From Hormiphora californensis (Eukaryota > Animalia > Ctenophora): a stretch of DNA of 64,000 bases. Of this stretch, positions 26,556-38,719 are shown piece after piece. A program made the translations under genes and the position numbers. Location of the stretch: the NCBI GenBank assembly GCA_020137815.1, contig CM035359.1, positions 3,224,001 to 3,288,000 on the forward strand. Reading direction: 5' to 3'. Positions within the stretch are counted from its first letter, which is position 1. The number at the start of each line of letters is the position of its first letter. The notes below the pieces were generated by a model. It made no database searches. It was not told the DNA's origin and was given only the letters and a program-made list of their open reading frames with translations.

Positions 26556-28179
26556 AACTATCACACTCACGGGAATTTGAAATGTTTGTAAAAAATTAAA
26601 GAATACGGATACAAATCATCCAAATATTAACAAAATATATTGTCATCTAACTGTTCTGTCCTTACATTCCCACACTCCTAGACAAATACTCCTCTTCGTG
26701 AATAACCCGAATGGAGACAATCTCACTCCCGTTCCCTCTCATCGATATTATCTCTCTGTCAGACCCTTTCTCTATCTCTCAGCAACCGACCGGACCAAAT
26801 AAACAACCAATCCGAGCTCATTATTCAGGTCACGTGACTGGTTATCAGCCAATCGATTGTTAAAACATGTAATGAACTGGCCTGTGTGTCTGTCTGTGTG
26901 TCTGTCTGTGATCTGTTTGTATGTCTGTGATCTGTTTGTATGTCTGTCATATTTTATGAACACGGACCTGTGTAGAGGTCGGAAGAAAATTCTTGAATCT
27001 CCAATCTCCATGTTTCACTCTGATATTACAAGCCGAACTCAACCAATTTCAAAGTATGACTCGTACCGGAACAGATTAATCTTCCAGATTTTATCTGCAG
27101 GTTCGTCTTAGTTTGAGGGTTGCCATAGCGTTTTTCTGTTTTCGCTCAATTTATCAGCACCATGATTTTAACATTCCGCCCGAAGGGCGGGCGGCCCATC
27201 TCTTTATGCTGCTGCAGGCTGCTGCAGGCTGCTGCAGTTGTAATTTGTGCGTCTGTTTGTCTGTGCGTCTGTTTGTCTGCAGCTGCTGCTCTGGAGTTAC
27301 TTTCAAGACTAGCAAGAATTCTAACACATTTTATACTTCACTGCGTGTTAAATGAAAATTAACTTCGTTTGTGATTTTATCCAAAATATTGAAGTAAGAT
27401 TGCGATTTTGAAGCACATGTACACTTTTGTTCGATTAAGTTACTTTTAGGCATTTTGAATACAGTTCTGAAGAAGTATTTTTAGGAATGAAGTAATTACT
27501 GAAGTATATGCAAGTGAAGTACTTTTTAGGTGCTTTTGTTGCTATTATGATGAAGTATTTTTTTGAGTGAAGTAATTACTGAAGTATCTACCACGAAAAA
27601 TTATGCTTCAGTCGATATCAGTCTAGCAACGGAAGTATTTTCAAAACTGTAATATAAGTGAAGTAACCAACAGAGTAAGGCATCAATTTTGATGCCTGAC
27701 ATCAATTTGAGACAAATTTGATGATAGCTGATAATTGGAAGTCCTGCAGAATTCCTTCAGGATTCTTGTGGTATAAGTCATAAATCGTTTGACGTACTAT
27801 TTGGGCTTCTATGACAATTTTAGTTCCGAAAAACCCTCTAAAAAACTTTAAAGTCGATTTTCTCGAAACTTAAAAAATGCAAATACTTCATTCTAAAAAA
27901 AAGGGGCAGAACATTGTGTCAAAACATCAGAGTGATCGAAGTTAAGATTTGGGAGATATGAGGCTCGGCGTACCATGACTTTTTTTTGGCCCAGGCGGTA
28001 TATAGCTAAACAGTGAACACTACACTGTACAGTCCCCTGTAGTACCAAAAGATAAATGGCCAGACAACACAGAAACAATCGATGGTCAACTGAGTTGGAA
28101 GGCACAACTCCAATTTATCGGTACTTGGTGTTTGTTCACGAAGTCTTCAACACCCAATTATTGCGACGAGTGTTTGACA

Positions 28180-29499
28180 GGGTGTCCTCCACGAACAGTA
28201 CTAAACTTTTAGATCTCGACTAATTTGGCCTTTTGAGTGTGAAAATTGGAGAGCTCTATCGATTTCGTCCACGAACTACAGAATTAGTGTTGGTTTTTTG
28301 TGCTTTGAGTAGGGTTTTAGAGAGGGATTAGTTCCATACTAAAACCCCCTCCACGTGGTACAAGTCACGTGATTTCACGCCCCATTTCACACTGAACCCA
28401 TATAAGCCCCACTAACCTAGCACTAAAATTTCGACTAAACATGCTGAGAATTTAGCCAACCCAAAGGCTGTCTAAATTGAAACTAAATTTTACTATTGTG
28501 GAAATGCGTTCCCAAAACGACCCCAAAATGACTCAAAATTGCCAAAATGGCCACGGTTGTCTTTGACACACATGCTTACATGATGAACTTGAGATATTGA
28601 AATTGTTTAAATTGAAAAAATCATTTTAAAGGAACGAGATAAGAGGGAGAGAGAGAATTACTTATGTGCATATCCCAGAAATATGAGAGGATGTATGAAA
28701 GAGTATAATTAGACAGTACTTCTCAAGATATGTACTAGGGGGCCAAAATGAAATATTATACTGGATAGAATTGCCTGTATTATGTTTAACTAGCAAAATC
28801 ATAGCAAAAGTATCAAAAGTAAGTACGTATCTCTCTTATAGTCTCTCTCTCTCTCTCTCTCCTTCTCTCTCATTCCCCTCTCAAGTCTCATTCCCCTCTC
28901 TCCCAATCTCAGTCCCCCCTCTCATTCTCCCCTCTCATTCCCTCTTCTCTCCCAAACTCATTCCCATCTCTCATTCCCCCTCCCATTCCCACTATATCCC
29001 AATCTCTCACTCCCCCGCTCATTATCCACCTCTCATTCCCTCTCTCATTCCCCCTCTCATTCTCCCCTCTTTCCCAAACTCATTCCCATATCTCATTCTC
29101 CATCTCTTTCCCTCCTATCTCCCAATCTCTCATTCCCGGTTCCCCCTTTCATTATGCCCCTCTCGTTATCCCCCTCTCAGGTGTGGCACTGGCTATTAAT
29201 TATCGCACATTGATAATCAAGTGTTCTGATTGGCCAGTGGATCTCTATCTCGATTCACACATTACGTTCCACGTTATTGTATGTCACGCTGATATCTTCA
29301 CGTGATGGAAAAGAGAGAGTGCCCATTGGGTGTCGCATTCTATCACATGTATAACACCTCAGTATCACGTGGGTCGGACCAAGCCCCGAAACATGTTGTT
29401 CGTGGACGGTTTTCTAAAGTTTAGCGAAATATTAGTCCCTCACTAACTTGACTTCTAAATTTCAACACTAAACTGAATTTAGTTTCGTGGAGGACACCC
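28180..29499. mobile_element. Non-autonomous TIR element, possibly PIF/Harbinger-type
   Basis: 16-bp TIR gggtgtcctccacgaa / ttcgtggaggacaccc, subterminal gtccacgaac repeats. The 3-bp flanks aca/aga match only partly. Confidence 0.6.
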
Positions 29500-29939
29500 A
29501 GAAATTCGTACACAAACCCGAAATATAGTGTGATTAGTTCGAGCAAACAACAGAATGAAGTAGAGTTTAGTCGCTAACCCACTAGGGACATATTCAGGGG
29601 TGAGAAGGTGCAGTCACTAGACACAATGAGTCATCATAGTTCATACAGTCCCCGTGTGGATTGTGCCGAAAAATGAATAAATTAAACGCTTATACGTGGA
29701 CGTAGTATAGTGAGAAGCGTAAAGAAGGTAACCTTTGAGTTCGCTGTATGGTCGCTGCGATGTTATTATGAATATATGGATATTGGTACAATTCATTCTC
29801 TCTTCTTCTATTATCTCCCTTCCTATCTTTCGTTCTCTCAGTCTCGCCCTCTCTCTTTCGCTCTCTCTATCTCTATATCTAGATCTCTCTCTCCCTCTCT
29901 ATCTTTCGTTCTCTCAGCCTTCAACTCTCTCGCTCTCTT

Positions 29940-30025
<86 letters not shown>

Positions 30026-30677
30026 ACGTGACTCAATTCACACACCACTCGGGCACTCGGCCGATCACTTTAGATGATAGGATACAATCTATATACCGGA
30101 GAGGGCCGGGTATACTTGGTACGTGTGATAAAACCAGCTGAGCAACACCTACCAAAAGGATCTGAATTTATTCATTTGTGTTACACTCTCCATTGTTATA
30201 TATATGAGCAGATGATCGGTCATAAATGAATAGCTCCTTCAAAATGGGTCGAATGTGCCTTTTGAATATAACAATTAGGTCTGTGTCGCCACTCATGGTC
30301 GACTACTGCGGTCTTCCTGAGGGAGCGTGATCTACAGTAACATGCTCTGCATAAACTGATTGGTGGGTGCCCACTGCCCTTGCTACGACGGAGTGGTGGA
30401 CGTGCTGTGGCGCCTAATAAGCGTGTTCGGTGCGGCCTCTGCTACTTTCGAGCATGTCATCCTCCAGATGCAACAAACAAAAATAAAGGTAAACAATTTA
30501 TTAAACAACCACCAAAAAATCAGATCATGTAATAACGCAATCAAAAAGTATAATTTTTCCAAACCTAGAAACCATTTAAACTTCCTAAATTTAATGAGGG
30601 AATAGTACGCTAGATGCTTAAAAAGCGTGGGGTCACAAAGGACGATTTGAAAATCATTATATACACAATTCTCTTAC

Positions 30678-30848
30678 CGGTTGGCTGCTGTCAGAACTGC
30701 TACTGCTGATACTCCGTCCCCTTCGGAAGCTAACATCTCGATATGGTGACATGGTCTTCAAACTCTCTCCCTCCTCCTGATCCTCCGGGAGCTGGTCCAG
30801 GAGGGGTCTCGCACCACCATTAGATCTGTCCAGTTCGGTTATGTTCAT
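30678..30848 (-). CDS. Candidate alternative first coding exon H (MNITELDRSNGGARPLLDQLPEDQEEGESLKTMSPYRDVSFRRGRSISSSSSDSSQP)
   Basis: Acceptor aatttacAG 6 nt before the ATG. 57 codons ending at donor CCG|gtaaga, phase 0. Confidence 0.6.
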
Positions 30849-31229
30849 GCCACGCTGTAAATTGTTATAAGTTAATGGGGGAAAACACTTGTGCTTGAAC
30901 CTCTAGTTCAGGCCAAGCTGCTATTTTCTCCCATTGTAGAACATTAAAACAAGTAGAATTGAGTACGAGCGAGTATTGACAAAGAAAGGATTTGGAAAAG
31001 ACAAAGAAAGCATATTATCAACAAACTATCAATAAAAGCCCTGTCTATACGCCTAATCTGTTCAGATAGCAATAAAACACAAGGATTGTTGCTATCTGAG
31101 ATTCCTATAGCAGTTGATCACGTCATATTTATTGTTATCAATTGATGCGTTAACTAGAATCTAGTGATCATGCGGAATGGTTGTCGACAATTGCAATTTA
31201 TGGCCAAGACTGCATGCGTGACTTGGTCA

Positions 31230-31315
31230 GTGTGAACTAGTAGTCAAATGAACCAATAACTGAGCTGTATAGTCTACTCATATATATATTGGTTCATTGG
31301 AAGACTAGTTCACAC
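31230..31315. mobile_element. Small degenerate MITE-like inverted repeat
   Basis: gtgtgaactagt..aatgaaccaata / tattggttcatt..actagttcacac. Confidence 0.45.
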
Positions 31316-32570
31316 GATCCGGTTTATTAGACCTCAATAACTGAGCAATATAATATCTAGCTGGGGTTGGTGGAAGCTAGATTATTGGAGTTTTATGTGG
31401 GAAGAAGTTAAATTCTCATAATTAGAGTCTCGTGTGAAGGCAGGAAATAAACTTTTGTTTTTTAACAATCGGGTTTTCAAAAAAGGACAATTCTAGGGTA
31501 TTTGCGATAAATAAAATAGTGACTATTATACTTCAAACATACCTCATACCGATACCCATGAATGTTATCGATAATGTAGATATATGCTATTGATATATAC
31601 TAATCGTACTATATGATAACCCATTGCTTATGCCGCCTAAAGACCAGCACAAATACATTATTCAGAGGATTGGCCTTAGTCTTATTTCTTTCACGGATAC
31701 GGAGCGTGCGAGAACCGCGGTCAGAGCATTGGCCTAGCAGTTATTCAGATATGATACATTTAATGCAGTATAACAACGGGTATGAATATTATTATGATGT
31801 TAGTACGTTATATACTGATTAAATATCATTCGGGTCATTATTTGACCTCCATGATCAGTGATAAAGTGAGTCGCACATATTAACACTATTATTATCACTG
31901 GATCAGTGTTTATTATAAACTAGAACGACTGTAGAAAGAATGGTGTTTCATAGTGACAGTAGGGGACACTAACGTGGTAGTTTAATTCTATAGTGTCGAC
32001 CGTACTATGAAACTTTCACACGGTCGAACAATGGAACTGCACTATGAACTCATTTCTCAAGGCTAGTTCTTCTCAAAAGAGGTGCTATATTGTAAAGAAC
32101 AGGAGAGGTGACAGCTTTTGTGTGTTCTAGCATGACCTAGATCGTTTTTGAACTGTGTGAACACTGAACAGACGATTATAATTACTAAGCCTATTGATAT
32201 TGTAATGAGCACATAATGAATGTTATACAGATGATAATGAATGTTATGTCGATGTCGATTTCATGAAAAAATATATTTGCCATTCTGTGCTCTTTCACAC
32301 AAGTGATTGGGATAATCAGTTTGGGAGTCACCGCGTCACACCGCTTAAAGAGCTTGGTAGAACGTCGGCTTAGTATCATCAACCAACCAACATATATATT
32401 TGCCATGCCATGTAAGGTGGTGCTGTTATACTCTTGTTATACTCCTGATTCAGAACCCCACTTTTCTCATCTTATTACCTTCAATTTGTCTATCATCCTC
32501 TTTACGAACCCTTGAAGGGTTCCCCATCTCTGAATCTCTCTCGTTCTTTTGTTCTCTTTCTATATATACC

Positions 32571-32601
<31 letters not shown>

Positions 32602-32641
32602 GCTCTCTATATCTGTCTCTCTCCCTCTCACTATCTCTCTC

Positions 32642-32727
<86 letters not shown>

Positions 32728-33251
32728 ATTAATTACCTATAAATCTCTCCTTTTTTCAGAGTATTGGCGTGTCCTCCAATTCACTGCATGAAAGTACATA
32801 GTTACAATATGATGCTGACTAGAAAAGTCTCCCGCCAGAGGGGCTGTCTGCAACACTCAATTGTGTATACATCGTCTTGACATCTGCTACCCTGTGTGAG
32901 TGATATATCTTGTAGTATCGGATACACACATATCTGTGTAACTAGAACGTGTGTAACTAATTGTGTAACTAAAGTGGTGTGTAACTAACAGCTGATCAAT
33001 GGAACCGCAACAACCGTGCAACAGATGCGGAAATACCTCCTGTCAGGATGTTGCTGGTATGTCAGGAACCGACCGAATCAGGAAATACTGGTCCCTGATT
33101 GTATTGTTTATGTGCAACAGCACAAGTTTTTTACTTGTGTCGGTCGGTTCCTGCGGTATGTCATTATATCGACCGCAAAGTTATTTGACAGTTTCTATGT
33201 GCTCCTTCATTAAACTTTACACTGAAAATCATTTCAGTGGCGGACCCGCAC

Positions 33252-36200
33252 ATGAGCATCAGTAAATTCTCAATGAGTAAGAGTGACTTGCTTGAGGTGC
33301 ATTATAAGTTTGGAATGTACTCCGAGCCACCAAAATCACCGCCACCAGAACCCCCTGAACAACATCAACAACAACAAGCCAAATCTAACTCCTCATCGGT
33401 ATGTTTCTATATAGAGAGATTGTTACTTTTACTAGGACAGAACAAGAGAAAGATAGTTAGATTAATTAAAATCTGCTCAGCTACAACTAAATAACAAACA
33501 CATGATCATCATCATGTGAATTACTATCATACAAACATAATATTGTGACACTTGAATATTCTTGTTACGGAAGTAAGGCAGTATGTAGCTGCATTAGCTT
33601 CAGAGATCCCATTTTTCAAAGATATCCTACTTATAATTTAACATGACCCATATTTTCAGTCAAGTAGTTCCTCTGGAAAAACAAGGAAATCAGCTGTGGG
33701 ATTCGGGTTCAAAAACAAGAAAAGCAAGAAAAAACCTAAGGTAATATTTTTACTAATTTATTCGGACACACATGGCCTGCATTTGTTCACCAGTTACACA
33801 ACAATTAGAACGGGTTACACAACGTCTAGCTATATAGCAACATGAGTCGCTTGATACACATCAGCCTGATACTATCAGCTGTGTTCGTGGTAGTGGCACT
33901 GCTCGCTGATTACAGATTCTACGTGCTTACCATTCATTACTCTATCAAGCTATATTCACAGTTGAGTGTAAACTATAGATTGCTCTATCGATCGATGTTG
34001 CTGTTTTTCATTTACTTCCAGCTATATTACCTCCTGTAGATTTAATCACAATTCAACGTGATACTTTTGTAGGTATTTTCTAGTACTTGATAATATGTGC
34101 TACAATAGTAATCAAGTTGAGTACTTGTAGCACCTATAATAGCTGCATCGTGTAATTTACATTTTGTTTATATCACATGATGCTATCTTTCAGAAACGAT
34201 CAGAGCCACCACCGATGGAGCGAATCTCAGAGGAGAGATCAGACGTTCAAGAAGTGGAGGAAGAGTATGTTGTTGTCGAGGCAGAAGAAGCAGAAGCAGA
34301 GTTCATAGAGTCGGACCATGAATACAAAATAGAGTTTACGGGTGTGAAGTTTGCAGTTGACACAACGGAACTAAATCGGAATGTTGCTGCCAAAAAGAAG
34401 GACGTGTTTGGAGATAAGAACAACCCAAAGAGCTTCCAGGCGGGACTCAGTGTGAAGTTCAGGGAGAAAACTGATCAGGATATCGTGGATGAGAACATCA
34501 GACGAGCTCTGGAGGAAGAGGAGGAGAGGAGGAAGGAGGAGAGAAATATTGCGGTGAGAGAACAGCAGTATAAAGAGGTTTTGAGGCTGAAGGACAAGAC
34601 GAATGAGTGGGTGCCTCCTGAGAGTGAGGTGGGGTACAATGGAGATGAAGATGATGGACAGGAGACTGATTCAAGGGATGGATCACGTCCCAGGGTGAAC
34701 CAGAATGCGAATGGAAATTGTTTGGATTCCCTTTGTCTTTATGTGAAACTGCAGCTCCTTCAGTTTTCACATTTTAGTGTCAGGACAGTTTCACCTGATC
34801 TTGAGAAACATGAGGCAGAGAGAAAGAGGGAGGAGGAAGAGAGACTGGCGAGAGAAGCCGAGGAGGCTAGAGTAAGAGAGGAGGAAGAGGAAGCAAGGAG
34901 GAGGGAGCAAGAGAGGCGTGAGGCGGAGATGGAAGAAAATAGGCGACCACCAGTAAGGAGGAAGAAATCGAAACGTCGTTCCAAAAACTCTAAGAAAAGA
35001 AAAAATAGTGGTTCTGGGATTACGTTTGGCTTTTCAAACAAAAAGAAATCAACGGCCTCATCCTCAAGTTCGTCCTCTATCTCGAGCAAAGCACCGTCTC
35101 TTGCTCCATCGCTACCATCAGAACGTGCTCCTTCAGAAAAACCTCCATCCACAGTCAGTTCAGCAACCACTTCCACCAGCCAGAATATCATCGAAGAGTT
35201 CTGGGAAACGACCAAAGATGCTTATGAGGTCCAAAAGGCGGGAGCGGAAGCATTAATTGATAAAACAAAGGATTTCACGAAGCCTGTCACTGATAAATTT
35301 GATAAAGGAGCAGAGGAGGCGAAAGATAAGACGGTTGAGACTTATGATGACGCCACTGAGAATGTGACAGTATTTGATCGAGTATTTGGGAGACCAAAGC
35401 AAGGATCAGAGAAGGATGGATCAGAAGTCACCACGGATCAAGAAGCTCCTATCAGCAGGGATGGTGACCGATCGAGTGTTGCTGGTAAATCTTCATCATC
35501 AAGTTCATCATCAAATCGTTCTAAACATTCTAAGATTGTCTCCCTTGAACGCCAGAAACGATCCAAGAGTTTGGGTGGGTCTTCACGGACATCACGGACT
35601 TCCTCAAAATCAGGAAAAAGTACAAAGAGCAAACTGCAATTTGGATTTGGTTTCAAGAAGGAAAAGGAGAAGAAAAAGAAAAAGAAGGAACAAATGAAAC
35701 CAGAACCCATAAAAGAGGAATCTCCCGAACCTGAACCATCTCCTCCACCACCTCCTCCTCCTCCAAAATCAATATCTTCTTCGTCATCATCATCTTCTTC
35801 AAGGAGTTCTAGGAAAATGGAATCAATTCCAGAGATGGAGGTCCTTGAGATAATTCGAGAAGACCCCCCTCCTCCTTCCGCTCCAGTAGCAGAATCGGTC
35901 AAGTCCCATTCAACTAGTCACAGCTCAAAGTCAAGTCATTCGAGCAAGAAATCAGGGCCGAACATAATGACAGAATTCTTCGTAACCACCCGGGAGGCGT
36001 TCGAAACAACGAAAGTTGGAGCTGAGAAAATCATTGATAAATCTAACGAATATAAAAATCAGATCTATGAAAATGTTAGGCCATCCGAACAGCAGAGGGA
36101 TCCAACGGAAGACCGTAGTTCAGTGAGCAGTGATGACAGGAAATCCCAAGATCATTATGTGAACATGCAAAGCGGAGGAGCAAACAACAACAACAACAAC

Positions 36201-37250
36201 TATGTCAACATTCAACCACGTGCAGGAAACCAACAAAATGGCGATGGAAGTGGTGATGATAGTGACGATGCTCATCTACAGAGACTATGGAGAACTCTCA
36301 CCGGTCAGGACGACGAGGATGATAAAGAAAAAGATCAGGAGGAGAGGAGATCAGAAGTTTTCGATAAGTTTGAGAGGTTACCCTCCTCGCAGTCGGGGAA
36401 GAAAGATAAAAAGAAGGATAAGGATGATAAAAAGAAGGAAGAGGAGAAGAAGAAGGGAAAAAAGAAGAAGGGCAAGGCGGACACTAGTGATCGATATTCT
36501 GTCTCAGAAACGGTAAGCAAACATCTTGGAAATTTATACCCAAGTCATTACAAGCTTATACCAAACGTTTGCCAATCTGTGTGAGTATCTTGCACAGTTT
36601 CGCAATACCATTATCTAATTATGTACCGACATTCATGCATTATGTTAGGAACGGTATAAGTATCATGCAAACCTAATCCCAACACCACACAGTGAACAAC
36701 ACCACTCTTCCCTATACAGATATACGAAAACTTGGCCTCTGGGCAGCATATAGTGCCAGCTTCATCAAGTTCATCGAGTTCATCAAGTTCAGCAACTACG
36801 ACAACCAGCTCGGTAACGGGCTGGCTTCAGGACCGATCACAGGACCCCGATAACTATAAACACAGTGTGAGGAGTATAGATTATGGGGTAAGTGCTTTTA
36901 TACAACCTGTTAGGCCAATGTTCTGACCGTTATTCTCGCGTGCTGAAAGAAATAAGAATAGGTTCTGACAGAGTATAACAAAACGTTACGAAGTCACCCC
37001 TTGCCAGCGCACGCGAGTGTGAGGTGTCTTCGATACCAAAACAAAACGCGTGTTATTTTTGTGCCCTCTCAACAAATGCATGGCGGGGACTATTTAACTC
37101 AGCAGAAAAGCTCCTTGTGCCTGTAGTCCTTGTCTTGATGGTATTCAATTCTATATGGACACCTATAATAATACGCATGTTTAGAGTAGTGAGTACTATA
37201 ACATTGCTCTTTAACACTCTTTAGTCTCTTTATCTCTCTCTCTCTCGCTC

Positions 37251-37294
<44 letters not shown>

Positions 37295-38177
37295 TATCTC
37301 TCCCTTGGGCTCCCTACACCTATATATTTGTTGAACGCCCACCCACCACCTAAGTCTAGTATTATGCCATGAAAGACCTACCGACACGAAATTCCAGGAA
37401 TCGGAAATTGTAGGTTGTTGTCATAAGCATATGCAATCCGGGAAGGATATAATAGTGGGCCACGATTCTCTTATTGATGTCCAAGTCTAGACTGGAACAT
37501 CATTGAGAAAGTGTTTGATAAACAAACTCACCAAATATGCCAACTTACCAAATCCGGCGTTAAAATGATAAATAAGAAATCTGAGACTTTCCAAATGTAT
37601 GGACTCAACGATATCTTCCACTATTAAGGTTCCAATATAACGTACAGGTTGAGACGATACCAATTGATCTTATTAGCACAACAAGGGACCCCGGTGTCAT
37701 GTCTAGAGCTATTCCCATAACAGTCGGCTCGTCTATCATTCATGAGAGTAATGACACTTATTTAACTACCTGTAGATGCTACAAGATTCTATAGAATTTC
37801 CATAGCCAGGAAAGGGCGTATATCACTCAATTGAGCCAAGCTTGATACGAAAGTTTAGATCTATCTCATGGATATGGGCAAAGTGATCCTACCGAATTCC
37901 AAATTAATCACTCAAATTTCCCTACAGGATCAGGCAAAATGGAAGTTTTGGAAAGGAGAAAATCCAGTTTTGGTAAGCGTCTTGAAATTTCAATTGTTCG
38001 TCCATTCAAGCTGCCCTTGGTAACGAAGTTACCCCTCCCTTGTCAGCTTTATGAGGGGTAACCAATAAATCTTTCTATTTCTAATCCATCAGACCTTGAC
38101 AAATAATTTATAAACCGTTTCAGCGAGAACCACTACGGCAACCACTCAATCCAAACAGACAATGGGAGGAAGACTGA
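33252..38177 (+). CDS. Uncharacterised ~940-aa low-complexity (Ser/Lys/Glu-rich) protein, 6 coding exons
   Basis: Exons 33252-33398, 33660-33740, 34194-36512, 36720-36887, 37928-37972 and 38124-38177 join via GT-AG introns, all phase 0, ending ...NRQWEED*. A short in-frame intron near 34.7 kb is possible. Confidence 0.8.
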
Positions 38178-38719
38178 GCATATTAGCTTGGTATACCATG
38201 CCGTCCCGGTCTAGCATTGATTGAATTCGTTCCAGCAGGTAAACGCGGTTATACTGACTACATGGTAGTCATGACAACGAACTGACATGACCATGACTTG
38301 TGCAGTATAGTCATGACGACAAACTGACTCTATACATGAGATTATAATTGGAAGTATACAACTGACACTGTTTGTTCGTAAGTCTACGTGTTTGTATTTT
38401 CATTTGTGACATTATGATTAACTGTTTTTGAGGTTTGTAACTACTGATCTGTTATGACGAACAAATTAACAATTGATGACAAAATACGACCTCAAAAACT
38501 CATTCCATTCATTCGCATAGATATGTACATAAAATATATCAAAACTCCAATGAATGGACGCACAAAAACAGTTCAAACAAGTTATTATCCGGTAAATGTA
38601 AATTTGAGTCATTTAATTGTGGCAATAGTTTGTCCTCAAAAACGCCCCAATTTAGATAAATTTCGCACACTCTTTTGATTGTTCTTGTACTACATGATAT
38701 ATTGCCTCCTCCCCTGCAC

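Larger units (their letters stand above)
23003..27909. mobile_element. Nested non-autonomous DNA transposon with 4-bp TSD (possibly Sola-type), carrying internal inserts
   Basis: ~31-bp TIR ctgccccttttttttagaatgaagtatttgca, TSD aaca, many subterminal gaagta motifs at both ends. The superfamily call is tentative. Confidence 0.75.
21981..27998. mobile_element. Tc1/mariner-type non-autonomous element (~1.1 kb), interrupted by a 4.9-kb insertion
   Basis: ta|ccgcctgggc ... gcccaggcgg|ta. ~125-bp TIR whose right copy is split at 23002/27910. Confidence 0.85.
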
